Assembly: GCA_964016885.1 (NCBI GenBank) | Contig: OZ024747.1 | Span: 17,546,001 to 17,610,000, forward strand | Source: Eledone cirrhosa | Lineage: Eukaryota | DNA: 64,000 bases | Reading direction: 5' to 3' | Shown: in pieces, positions 14,118 to 27,643 of the stretch | Layout: each line of letters starts with the position of its first letter | Numbering within the stretch: position 1 is the first letter of the stretch | The notes under the pieces: generated by a model | Database searches by the model: none | The model's input: the letters and a program-made list of their open reading frames with translations, nothing else | What the model was told of the DNA's origin: nothing | Translations under genes and position numbers: made by a program

Positions 14118-17100
14118 ATAATGCCACGACAAACACCTTAGTGTTGTAAGTAGTATGAAATAATAGCAAAAAACCTTGAAACATCATAGAGAATTTGACT
14201 TAACTCAATGTCTCTATATACTCGGTAGTTCCCATCATTCGTAGTACAAACATATTTGAAAAGATTTAAATTTTCGATGGAAATATCAGTTAAACCCGCC
14301 AAAAACCGGATCTATTTCTATATAGTAAAACCACTCAATTTAAATGGTTCCTATTTAAATGAAAATGCTCGAACATAATTTGACATGGGAACCTTTTGTT
14401 AAGTTATGTGACAGATAACATCTTAAATATGATATAATTAGTAATTTTAATAAACCCTTTCAAATTATTCGTTAATTAATTACAATACTCTACTTAATTA
14501 GCAATGTGGCAAAGAAAGGGTTAATAATTAATATAACATAATTAATATATCGAACTTTGAGTTTTACTTTTTGTTCTTTTTGTTGTACTTTGATTTGTTT
14601 GTTTGCTTGTTGTTGGTTTTTCTTCTTTGTGTTGTTTGTTTTTTATAAGTCAGAAGAAATGGGGATACGCTAATGATATTGTTTGCGAAACTCTGAAGAA
14701 ATTGAGGAATATATTGACATGATTAGATTGGGGGTTGTGTCCGAATAGTTGCAACAACAAAATGTCTGTTATAGGTACTAAAGAGCCTGGATGGGGTGTT
14801 AAGCAAGGCGACAAAGAAATTCTACCACGCAAGTACATGCAAATCCCAGTCGATTCGCCTCCATATAGTTAGCACTAGGTAAACATACCTCAGAACGTTT
14901 GGCTCAACCTGATGTTATGAAAGCATACTCAGCGTACTGCGCAATGGGATTGCACTTAGCAGCTCGAGGTGTGAAACAATCGTGGTCATATCTGCACTCG
15001 GTTTTGACCTTTACAAATTTGCAATGAAGTCTATTATATAAATATACTCTCAAACAATTCTTATATCGGAGTCTGTATATTTGAATCCACATCACATTTT
15101 ATTTCTCGCCAACGCACAACGAAACATTTTATTTATCGCCAATGCACAATGAAACACCAAAACAAACACTATAGGAGAGTTTGTATAGTTAATCTCATGT
15201 TTAAAATGCTGTTACAAATCCTGTTACTAATCTACCTTTTATATTCAAAATAATTTGTATTAAGCCATTTGAAAGAAATAGTTTGTTATGACATTATTAT
15301 CTTATTTCTTAAACCTTTAATATATTTCTATTAAACAGACAAAATACACAGAAAAAGAATCAAACATACAGACAAATACATCTCACATACAGAAATATAA
15401 CAAACATTTTTTCCATTCAAACTGAAAATATTCAATAGAATTTGCAATCAGTTATCAAAAGTAAATACATTTAACATTCTAAGTCGAGTAATGCAATCTC
15501 TTTTCAGTGCAGCATAAACTTAAAATAGAGTAAACTTTGAACATTTTTTAAGCTAAACATATGAACGATTTTCTTAAATTTATATATATATATATATATA
15601 TATATAATGTTTATCCTATCTTTTTTATTTGTGAACACAGATAAATCTTAATCTCCAAGAACCTAAATATTATGCAAAAAAACGTAGAAGTCTATGATCG
15701 AGAAGGCATCAAGGACAATTCTATGAAAATACTCAATCTAATAGAAATACCACCCACATCTCCACCAAATAAAATCCTACCGGTCCCAAAATATGACGAT
15801 CAATTTCTATGTGATACAGTTTCTATAGGATATACACAACACCTTGTGTGAATGTTCATTTCAATCTCTTCGTTGAGTTTTTTAATAATTCTTTGCTTAA
15901 TTTTCAATCAGCCCAAATCCTGTGCAGATTATATAATCCTTCTATCTAACTTAATATTTTACACACAGCGCCAATGTACAGGAACCCTAGACACTTCATT
16001 GCAGATTGGCAGTATTTCTGTGAACAAGTACACCCAAAGTAACATCCGTCAGAATATACCAACGGAGTGAAATTCATTAGTACAATAACATAGATAACTT
16101 GCTATAGATTCAACGGAAAAGGTCTTGCACAACAGTGGACAAAGAATGAAGAATTATATAACTCAAGCCAGCAATGTCCATAGAAGTAATAGGTTTCTTA
16201 ATCTGTGATGATATCTGTGTGTATCATAGACAGCACCATATCCTAGAATATCTCATCTAAATTGTGAAAGATTTAGCCTTGATACATTGCTCACCCTCGT
16301 CAAAGCTGACATATCTGGAATGGTAATAATGCTACTTATAGACACAGATTCTTGACTAAAACCAAATGAATACTATCTGAATAATTGCCAAAGACTCACT
16401 CAATAAATTACTAACATCGCAGACTCACAAGCTTGATGTTTACTCCCCATGTGTCTTTTGCACCGCTATTACATACCGCCTCCATCAGAGTACCACATCA
16501 TACCGTATCTTCTCTTCTTAGCATTCGTACATTTTTTCACCCTATGCTGCTTTAAAAACTTGGCCTAGTCATAACTCCGCAATGCTACAACCCCTTAATA
16601 GTAGTTCACGCAAACGGTGTTACTATAGCTGCCGTTCTACTAAGTTCAAAATAAATATTAAGCACATCGATCTCAACTGTCTGGAAATGTCCACAAAGCC
16701 ATGTGCACCTGTCATTCCTCTTCTAACAAATTAATAAAGAAAAAACTTCATATCTATATAGCAATATTCGAAAATATATTAGTTGTGCTAGACAGCAAGT
16801 ATTCAAGAACATCATTTCATTAGATCTGTCCATTAAACATCAATGTAAGATTCCGTCTTAGCTGTGTTGTTAGTAAAAGTCAATAAATTCTATTTCTGTT
16901 TATTTTAAATCTATATATCTAAGTATTTAAGTATAAATATAATATTCATATTTTGTATAAACGTATGTTTCTTTTCTTAATTTGCCTTCAGGCTGACTCA
17001 CTATTGGCCTACCACCGAATTTCGCACTGTGGAAAAGATTAGAAATTACAGTTATTAAATATCCTAACGGTAAAGTGATGGGAGAATCAGTTGAGCAGCA

Positions 17101-17540
17101 GTTGTGAAAGAGCATTCCGATATAAATTACTAATGTTTACATTGTGGGTTCCTATCTCATACAATACTCTTTACGGAGTTTAATTACAGCATTTTGTTTT
17201 CTCAGATAACATCTAACCAACTGAGGATCAAGTGAGTAGAATTCAAGAACTCTGATAGATGTAATGGGATATATACCCATACGAAATACCAAGCAACTTT
17301 TGGTTTGTTTTTGTCTTATAAACTACTCCAAAACAGTATTTAGCTAACATGTAATGCACTGGGTAATTGCTGGCCTTGTGCCTAAAGTGGAAACAAGTAT
17401 TTAACTAACATGTTAGACACTGTTTTACGGAATAAACCTGCAGCAATGACGGTAGAATGTCTATAGCTTGTAGGTACATTTCGACAATCGATGACCATAG
17501 AGTTCTTTTAAACATTGCTATATACGTATATATACATATA

Positions 17541-17600
<60 letters not shown>

Positions 17601-17607
<7 letters not shown>

Positions 17608-18013
17608 AATGAATAATAACAGGTAGACATCATAAAAAAGGTAATTTATTCCGTGTGCTTACAGGTGTTTCCACGGTGGTACTACAGCCTAGTTATGCTA
17701 TGTGCAAATTCACAAGTACTTGCAGAACTCAAATATACAATGCTGTGACCACTGTTTCCTCAGAGCATTCTGCTCTGAGGAAACAGTGGTCACAGCATTG
17801 GATGGAAACACCTGTAAGCACACGGAATAAATTACCTTTTTTATGATGTCTACCTGTTAATATTCATTCTTTATATACACTCCGGAATACAGAAGGATCA
17901 GGAACTAAGTTTCTTCAACAATTCTTCCATAACTCGTAGAGTAACCTCTTACCGTACGTCAACCATATCCAGTGTAGTAATTAACCATTACTACATCTTG
18001 GATAATCCTATAC

Positions 18014-18017
<4 letters not shown>
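17601..18017 (+). mobile_element. Fold-back element with hammerhead motifs and ~140-nt 3' tail in (TA)n (Penelope-like pLTR)
   Basis: Outer arms 17601-17673/17803-17875; inner hairpin 17738-17800; tgct-CTGAGGA...GAAAC-acct-GTA-agca then AATAAA. Confidence 0.8.
17656..17767 (-). ncRNA. Type I hammerhead ribozyme candidate with long stem II
   Basis: Minus strand: tgct CTGAGGA aacagtggt cacagc...gctgt agt accaccgtg GAAAC acct GTA agca; stem I tgct/agca. Confidence 0.65.
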
Positions 18018-18096
<79 letters not shown>

Positions 18097-18196
18097 CACC
18101 TATATGTATATATATATATATCCTATATATATATATATATATATATATATACGTATATGTATATATATATCATATATATATATATATATATGTAAT

Positions 18197-18266
18197 AATT
18201 GTTTTTACTTTAGGCACAAGGCCAGCAATCACCCAGTGCATTACTGGTACTTTATTTTATCGACCC
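18197..18266 (-). mobile_element. Family-1 SINE 3' fragment
   Basis: ggcacaaggccagcaat...actggtactttattttatcgacccc. Confidence 0.8.
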
Positions 18267-18287
18267 CGAGCGAGTTTGAAATTATTA

Positions 18288-18348
18288 TAAATGTAAGCTA
18301 TCGCCGTATTTTGACTAAACAAATTAAAATACGGCGATAGCTTACATT

Positions 18349-18350
<2 letters not shown>
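18288..18350. repeat. Hairpin with ~25-bp arms abutting (TA)n
   Basis: taaatgtaagctatcgccgtatttt ... aaaatacggcgatagcttacattta. Confidence 0.9.
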
Positions 18351-18408
<58 letters not shown>

Positions 18409-18516
18409 GTATACATTAGTGTAAAATGTCCCGTTTTGAATTGCAACTCAATAAGGAAATCGGACGTTCCATACTTAATCTAATATAAATATGTATGTGT
18501 GTGTGTGTGTGTATAT

Positions 18517-18617
<101 letters not shown>

Positions 18618-19038
18618 CTAAATATTTGAATCTATACACTGTATAATTTATCAAACTTTAGTTTCTCCAGCTAATTCCAAGAGAAAACATTTTGTACCTA
18701 TCTGCGTTTGTGCTGTGTCATATTTCTCATTATACTCTGTTGAGCTTTTTAAACAAAAGTAATGACTAACATCTATTGCTTGCATGTATGCATGCTTTAT
18801 CATTTCGTGTGACCATTGGTGGCGTAAGCTACAATATCGTGTGCACCAACTATATATATATATATTTATGATATATAATATATATTATATATATATATAA
18901 TTTGTGTGCATGAGAAGGTGAGAGAGAGATGGAAATAGATATATTGTAATGTTGTGTAGGTCGTAAATAATATTTAATTTCATGAGCGTGCATTTTCCAT
19001 TCATTATCTCGTGTTCTATCGAGTTGTTCAAATTGCAA

Positions 19039-19128
<90 letters not shown>
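19039..19128. repeat. (TAG)n microsatellite
   Basis: Seen directly; explains the poly-Leu ORF. Confidence 0.97.
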
Positions 19129-19297
19129 CTGTTGTCGTTGAGTAATGTGAGTATGATTATGTGGAGAGAAAATATTCATCATTCGCATTCTTATCGTTAT
19201 TGAATTTATTTTGAATTTGTAGCAGATATTATTCAATTTGTTACCATTGTAATTTTATCTCTCAATAAATTATATATGTATATATACATACATATAC

Positions 19298-19392
<95 letters not shown>

Positions 19393-19462
19393 TGTATGTA
19401 TAAATGTATGTATATATATAAGTATGTATATATGTATGTATATATATAAATATGTATGGATG

Positions 19463-19503
<41 letters not shown>

Positions 19504-19557
19504 AATGTATATAAATATATATGAATATATATTTATATATATATGTATATACATACA

Positions 19558-19627
<70 letters not shown>

Positions 19628-19938
19628 ATATATATTGTTTGTAAATAGGGTAACACATTTTTGTATATATTTATATGTGCATCTCTTTATACAAATTTAT
19701 AATAGTTTGTACTGTTTTGTCGATGCATTTATTGGTTTTCTTGTTTTTCTCTGTTCACGTCCCATCCTTTTCAATTATATATGAATACAAGATTTTATTG
19801 AAAATACACTTAAACAAACCAAATTTTGCAATTATTTTCCTGGCGTATTTAAGTAACAGCATCGAGTGCGTTTTTAATAATATAAATCCAATTCTGATTG
19901 ATTTCGAATAGAGTTTCACGCACTCACACACAATCATC

Positions 19939-19969
<31 letters not shown>

Positions 19970-21258
19970 GTGTATATATGTATATATGTGAATGTATATA
20001 TGTGAATGTATATATGTGAATGTATATATGTGAATGTGTGTGTATAGCTATATTCAATGATACATAGTCATATATCTATGTATGTATGTATGCATGTATA
20101 TATATATGTGTGTGTGTATACGTGTGTGTTTGTTTATGTGTGTGTTTATATGTGCATATATACATATATATATATATATGTGTGTGTTTATATATATATA
20201 TATTTATTTGTTTATTTATTTATATTTTATATTTTATATATATAAAGAGAGAGAGAGGGGAGAGACAGAGAGAGATATAACGAGATAGATAGATAGATAT
20301 ATACGAGAACATTTGTCTGGAAACAAGTTTATCAATTCTCGAAGGTTATTCACAATATTTGGCCTCAGAATTTGATATCCTTCCTAGAATGAAAATTATG
20401 AGCCCTTCTTGGGATTAAAAGGGGGGATTCACGAAAGGATCTATAAATGAAATCGGAAAGATCTAAGTGCATAGGTGTGGGTTACTTGAAGAAAAGTGTT
20501 TTATGTTAAAGAAAATGATAAAATTGAATATTTTTCTATTGTAAAACAGGAGATTCGTCTTTCTGTATTTATTTCCCTTTAAATTTTTTATCTATCCTCG
20601 CACACTCTTCAGCTCAACTTTTCCCTCTCACATTCTCGCTATATTTAACCCCCTCTTCCTTCCCATCTCACATTCTCTTTGTGTCTTTCTATATATCTCC
20701 CCTTTTCTTTCCCTCTCTCTCTCTTTCTCTCTCTTTCTCTCTTTCGCTCTCTCTGTTCTTTAATGTGTGCACACGTATGTGTGCACACGTATGTGTGTGT
20801 GAACATGTCTGTATACATCACCATATCATATTGAATTCCTGTTCGTAAACCTGGAGTTTTCAAGCGCCTCTATTAAACACTATCGTCAATAAGTCGAAAA
20901 TGTACCGATTTCACAACACCGTACTGTACAGAAATAATAGCTTTGTAATCTTAAACAATATGAACCATCATTCCTTGAAAGATTTTAAAATGACTTATTG
21001 GGAATGCTTAAGGCGTTTGTTTAAACATTATCTTTCGCAAACTTTAACTTGGTCAACATCGCACACGAAATATAAATACAGGTAAATATCAATCAATATG
21101 TCAGGAAACGGGGCCTACAGACATTCACAAAATAGTTCCCTCACTAAACCATGATTCAAAACTATCTTGCAACTGAGATAATAATGATGTAACAGTTAAA
21201 GGCGGCTCTGTTGAAATATTAATGGACGTGGAGAACATCCTCATTCATTATCTTCAGA

Positions 21259-21450
21259 AGGGTGGTGGATTGGCAGTATCGGTAGAGGGTCGGACACTAT
21301 GCTTTGACGCATTGAGTTACGGCCCTTGCCATTCTGAGTTCAAATCCCGCCGAGGTTAACTTTGCCTTTCATCCTTACGGGGTCGATAAAATAAAGTACC
21401 AGTAATACACTGTAAAATTGCTGGCCTTGTGCCAAAAGTAGAAACAATTA
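21259..21450 (+). mobile_element. Family-1 SINE (short variant)
   Basis: Full head ggtggtggattggcagtatcggtagag, B box gagttcaaatcc, conserved body and tail. Confidence 0.9.
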
Positions 21451-21698
21451 TCTTCAGATGGTTGATTAGAACTGGGAAGAAGAATATAATCTAGTTTAAT
21501 CCACAAAATGTCTTGGGTACTACCAAAAAATTCCTAGATTTTGTAAGAGAAAAACATTCACCTGACACATAAACGTAACAAAACTTACCCACTCACACGA
21601 TGTTTAGCTATTCTTTCCTGGACAACAATGCTTTCCAGATCACACACTACGCGTGAAAAGACACAGATGCAGCCACATATTTTGGATATACAGACATC

Positions 21699-22033
21699 CA
21701 AGGACCTTGTTTGAGGAGGGCACCAGGGGACAAGTCCCCCTCCCCACTTTTTTCAGGAACGGGACACAAACCATCTTCAGTCCCCACTACTTTTTCCCAA
21801 TTTATTCAAACGTCTCTGTTTTACTTTTTGTTTATTTGATATAATAAATTCTTTTTAAGCTTATTTTTTTATATCTGAACTTCATTTGAATATATAAAAT
21901 TTAATTAGCGTAAAATTTTACTTATTTGATAGGGTCCAGGAGAGGCACCAAAAGCAATACTAACATGCTCTTTTAAGAATAAACAAATGTTGGTTTGTTC
22001 CCCCTCACATTTTTAAGGCAAACGAGACCCCTG
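21699..22033. mobile_element. Non-autonomous hAT-like DNA transposon (MITE)
   Basis: Imperfect TIRs CAAGGACCTTGTTTG / CAGGGGTCTCGTTTG (11 of 15); 8-bp TSD cagacatc (21691-21698) / tagacatc (22034-22041). Confidence 0.7.
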
Positions 22034-22419
22034 TAGACATCTATTCTTAATAAAACAGAAATAAAGGAAAGAAAACGAAACTATAGATATGAACCATGGA
22101 GATCTGGGTGAGATATAACCCAGAGACGAGACACAGTTCGCTGCCTACATACATTGAGCAACACTTTTTCAATATTTCATGTCATGAATATTGTCATTTT
22201 GGTAGAGTCGATTTATAGTCTCTATATACCCACATAGAACAATAAGATTTAATCTACTCATGGCTTTTTCTTCCTAAGTTATAACTCGTGAGGATTTATC
22301 CCATTTTCATTGCTTGCGATGTACAATTATAAAGGGATAATTACTAAGCTTATCTAAACATGGAGGGATTGTGGTTTTTCTCACATCTGGATGTGAAAAA
22401 AACCACAAACCCTCCTTCT

Positions 22420-22530
22420 CAATTCTACATTAGAAAAGTACAAGAACTGCTAAACCGGTAAAGGAACCAATTAAATATATTTTTTTTAAAAAAGACTCCA
22501 GTTGCATTTTCGATTTCATCTTTTTTCCCT
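22420..22530 (+). repeat. Unclassified dispersed repeat
   Basis: aaaccggtaaaggaaccaa...aaaaagactccagtt.cattttcgatttcatcttttt also occurs at about 29710-29820. Confidence 0.8.
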
Positions 22531-22609
22531 ATATATATATATATATATGATATGTCCCAAGGCTCTGATACACTATACACACAGAGCTGGCACATCTAAG
22601 AACTGACTA

Positions 22610-22665
22610 ACTGCCTGATGAGGTCATAGCCATTCAATGGCTATCATCGAAATATGTATAGCAGT
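22610..22665 (+). ncRNA. Minimal type I hammerhead ribozyme
   Basis: actgc CTGATGA ggtc-atagccat-tca-atggctat-catc GAAA t-atgt-a TA gcagt; stem I actgc/gcagt; AATAAA just downstream; inside a ~160-bp insert (22549-22710) flanked by (TA)n. Confidence 0.8.
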
Positions 22666-22706
22666 AAATAAAGGATTATGAGTTCATGCAATTGACTTAT
22701 GTTTCG

Positions 22707-22752
<46 letters not shown>

Positions 22753-22762
22753 TACACACACA

Positions 22763-22840
22763 CACATTAGTGTAAAATGTCCGGTTTTGAATTGCGACTC
22801 AAAAAGAAAATCGGACGTTCCAACGTTGATAGTCTAATAT
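22763..22840 (+). repeat. Unclassified dispersed repeat
   Basis: acattagtgtaaaatgtcc.gttttgaattgc.actcaa...aatcggacgttcc also occurs at 18413-18490. Confidence 0.8.
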
Positions 22841-22881
22841 AAATATATATATATGTGTGTGTGTGTATATAAATATATATA

Positions 22882-22917
<36 letters not shown>

Positions 22918-23214
22918 TGTATATACAATTGTAGTCAGAACACTTGAAATATGAATAAAACAATACATTAACTATTTCGTATCGAGAGGAGTTTTTTGTT
23001 TTTTGTTTTTGTAATTTTTGCCTTGACTACGATCAAAAGTTTTACATTCATCCTTTGATATACTAGTGCCTAATAGAGACATACTGTCTCTTCTCTTCGA
23101 CTACCAGATAGATTTACATAGTTCTAGTTTATTTTTGCCTCCAGTACTTCAGTAATACATATCTGCCCGGTGATGCATACATACATGAATATATTTATTT
23201 CCATATTTATTTAT

Positions 23215-24111
<897 letters not shown>

Positions 24112-24397
24112 TTGACGTTAATATGGAACGAGCGCAGATGGTTTCCAGTAAACCTCGGTGTACTTATGTCAAAGTAGAATGAAGATATGATTGGTAAATC
24201 TAGAACGTATTGAAATGTAACTGAATAGTGACGCCATGTGTATTCTACACCTGAACCGTTTTTATTGAGATTTAGCGTTGAAATACGATATTTAGAGTTT
24301 TTCTTGACAATAATCTTCACCGAAATATGTATCAATAATTGACAGGAGTGTTACATTGTTACAATTGTAAACACACACACATACACACGCACACACA

Positions 24398-24486
<89 letters not shown>

Positions 24487-24487
24487 A

Positions 24488-24558
<71 letters not shown>

Positions 24559-24842
24559 TTCAAGAGTAACCAATCTTAAAGAGAGAGATGGAGATAGGAG
24601 AGGAGAGATTGGTGAATTAGTGAGAAGCCAAAGCGTAAAGTCATGTGCTCAATGTGCAATATGCAGTGGAAAGCAGCTAGGTGGCTGGGTTCATGCAGAA
24701 GTTAGGCCCGCAGAGCTGGAAATATTCATTAGTTAAGCAAAACAAGACCACAAATTTCACAAGGAAGACATTATTAAAAGATTGTCAACATATTTTAGTT
24801 TGATGTAAGGAATGTAGAGAATAATAATAATAATATTAATAA

Positions 24843-24997
24843 TAATTGTTTCTACTTTTGGCACAATTATCCAGTGTATTACTGGTACTTATCCAGTGTA
24901 TTACTGGTACTTCATTTTATCGACCCCGTAAGGATGAAAGGCAAAGTTAACCTCGGCGGGATTTGAACTCAGAATGGCAAGGGCCATAACTCTATGC

Positions 24998-24998
<1 letters not shown>
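24843..24998 (-). mobile_element. Family-1 SINE fragment with internal 23-bp tandem duplication
   Basis: ttatccagtgtattactggtact occurs twice; conserved SINE body follows. Confidence 0.85.
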
Positions 24999-25036
<38 letters not shown>

Positions 25037-25039
<3 letters not shown>

Positions 25040-25155
25040 ATAATAATGAATGCGAAAACTAAAATCCAAAGATTAATTTTCTTAAGATTCAGAAGATCCC
25101 GTTAAGGGTGAGAGCAGAGATTCTTTGGTTAAACTTTAATCTGTTATTTTAATAA

Positions 25156-25160
<5 letters not shown>
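25037..25160 (+). mobile_element. Short TA-embedded dispersed insert
   Basis: 25088-25157 is the reverse complement of 63451-63520; the 5' part resembles 1932-1968. Confidence 0.65.
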
Positions 25161-25197
<37 letters not shown>

Positions 25198-25200
<3 letters not shown>

Positions 25201-25405
25201 GGTGCGTGCCTTATAGACTCGCAATCGTAAGGTTGTGAGTTCGATTCACGGACCGGGCTTAGCGTTATGTCCTTGAGCAAGACACTTTATTTCACGTTGT
25301 TCCTTCTACTTGGGGTTGCAACCGATAGATAGTATTAGCAATTGGAAAAACCAATGGAAACATTGTTTCCTCGGTCCGATTTGACAAAAGTCGATCGAAT
25401 GTCGA
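25198..25405 (+). mobile_element. tRNA-derived SINE, family 2 (alternative tail)
   Basis: gaaggtgcgtg...gagttcgattc...gtccttgagcaagacactttatttcacgttg; tail shared with 38181-38393. Confidence 0.85.
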
Positions 25406-25619
25406 TATATGTATATGAGTATGCAGTTAACTATGTCTCTACCGAAGTAGAGACATAGTAAATGGATATATTTATATGTGTGTGTGCGAGTGTGTGTGTA
25501 TGTACACGCGCAGATAAATCTTTATTATATTTTGTTTCTATGTTATCTTGGAATAAATCATAACTCAGAATGATGCGCACATACATTAATACATACATGT
25601 ATATACATAACTGTACCTA

Positions 25620-25688
<69 letters not shown>

Positions 25689-25787
25689 GGTGTATGTGTG
25701 TGTGTGTGTGTGTTTATGAGGCTGTATATATATATATATAAATTAAAGATGTTTTATACAGAGATTAAATATGTTTTATATATATAT

Positions 25788-25937
25788 GCATTACTGGTAC
25801 TTTTATTTTATCGATTCCGTAAGGATTAAAGGCAAAGTTAACCTCGGTGGGATTTGAACTCAGACCGTAAAGTACCGTAACTCTAAGCCGCAAAGCATGG
25901 TGTCTGACTCTCTACCGATACTGCCAATCCACCGCCC
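25788..25937 (-). mobile_element. Family-1 SINE
   Basis: Reverse copy including head ctaccgatactgccaatccaccgcc. Confidence 0.88.
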
Positions 25938-26409
25938 TAGTACCAATGAAAATAATAATACCATTTTCAACATTGCGACTAAAATACTTAAATAAACAGT
26001 TATTAGGTATTTTAGTACAGAATAACCAAACGTCACCTTAAGAAAACAACCAATCAACAAACGTTTAGTGAAACGGAACTATTACTTACGTCATCATATA
26101 ATTAAGCATTCACCAATTGACACGTCACGATGTTGTCATAATAAGTTATTCAACAAACAAAAGCAGGAAGTTACGCTCCGGAGAGCTACAGTGATATTAT
26201 ATGTTTACATAACCTATGTAGGTAACATTTTATTATACCAGTGCAAAGGAAGATAATTGACAGATGTTTTCTCATAAGATTGCATTTATGTTCTTTAGTT
26301 TATGTTCTTTTAACCATCGAGACTAAGGTCATGCTGAGGCACAGCTGTCAAACAGTATGTATGTATGCATGTATGCTTGTATGTATCTATGTATGTATCT
26401 ATGTATGTA

Positions 26410-26592
26410 TGAGACACATGAGAACACACGGCCAGAACAAAGCGATGGAAAATCCCAGAAGAGCCTACAGTTGCCATGTATGTGCCAAAGTGTGCAAGTC
26501 TTTGGCTGGTTTAAAGAGCCACATTCGTACCTCACAATTTTGAGTATTTTATCGGGCGATGGCAATGCTCGAACACGAGTTTACAGCCATTA
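26410..26592 (+). mobile_element. RTE-like 3' end with C2H2 finger inside (TATG)n
   Basis: YSCHVCAKVCKSLAGLKSHIRT; ends cagccat plus (TATG)n. Confidence 0.7.
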
Positions 26593-27220
26593 TGTACGTA
26601 TGTATGTATGTATGTATGTGTGTATGTATGTATGTATTATGTATGTATGTATGTATGTATGTATGTATATATGTATGTAGGCACTGTCATGACTGTGTGG
26701 TTGAAGGATTCGTTTCACAACCATGTGTTTTTTAGTTCAAACTTGTTGCACGACCCTGTTCTACTGTGTACTCGGGTTGACCTCTCTTTTCTCAGTGGAA
26801 TTTAGTAGATGGAAATAGCAGAGAATCTTGAGCATGGAGTGGTTATTTTCTAGATAGCTACAGCAATGCAAATAGTACATTAAATGGTAAAAATTACGAT
26901 AACAAAGTTGCAGGAAAGTTATTATGGTAATGTTTGATACTCCTTAATACTTCATCTAACGAAGAGTTGTGGAAACTAATTCGAGGTTAGATATCTTATA
27001 TTATTCTCATGCTGGCATCTTTTAACTGAAAGTTGTTTTTGCAACGCTGGAAGTAGTGAATGGGTTACGTGGTATATGTTCTAGGCTACGTTGTGATCTA
27101 TCGTTGAAGAGGGATGAAGGGTATTAATAATTACCTAAACCACGCACATACATACATACATACATACATACATACATACATACATACATACATACATACA
27201 TACATACATACATACATACA

Positions 27221-27557
27221 TGGTGGCTGCCAACTCGTTTTCGAGTACGGCCACTACTTTATATCCATGTAGGAGAACCCCTACCGATGCGCTGAACGAG
27301 TGTGACTTTTTAGTCCAGCCAGCGACTTGAAAACTCTGGTACAAACACTACACCTGTGACAATTATTGACACATAGTGCTGAGCCCATGGTACCATGTGA
27401 TGACAAGTGCAGAGAGATCTCCAGATATAAAGCAATGCCTGTACCGTGAAGCTTTTATAGTGAGCAAAGGCACTGCACAAAACCAGTCCCACTCTTTTAA
27501 CCAATATGATATTTACCAAAAAGAAGAACAAGTCAACATCATTGGATACCATCAGGG
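27221..27557 (-). mobile_element. RTE-like 3' fragment
   Basis: Highly similar to 28036-28368 and 2997-3144; (CATA)n at its 3' end. Confidence 0.8.
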
Positions 27558-27643
27558 TATGTATGTATGTATGTATGTATGTATGTATGTATGTATGTAT
27601 GTATGTATACATACATACATACATACATACATACATACATACA

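Noticed and set aside
15094-15156. Short tandem duplications (also 33474-33509, 36704-36749, 49780-49850)
   Set aside because: Ordinary slippage duplications with no further structure.
16000-16750. Possible decayed CR1/L2-type LINE 3' region
   Set aside because: Only faint motif echoes; too degraded to support by eye.
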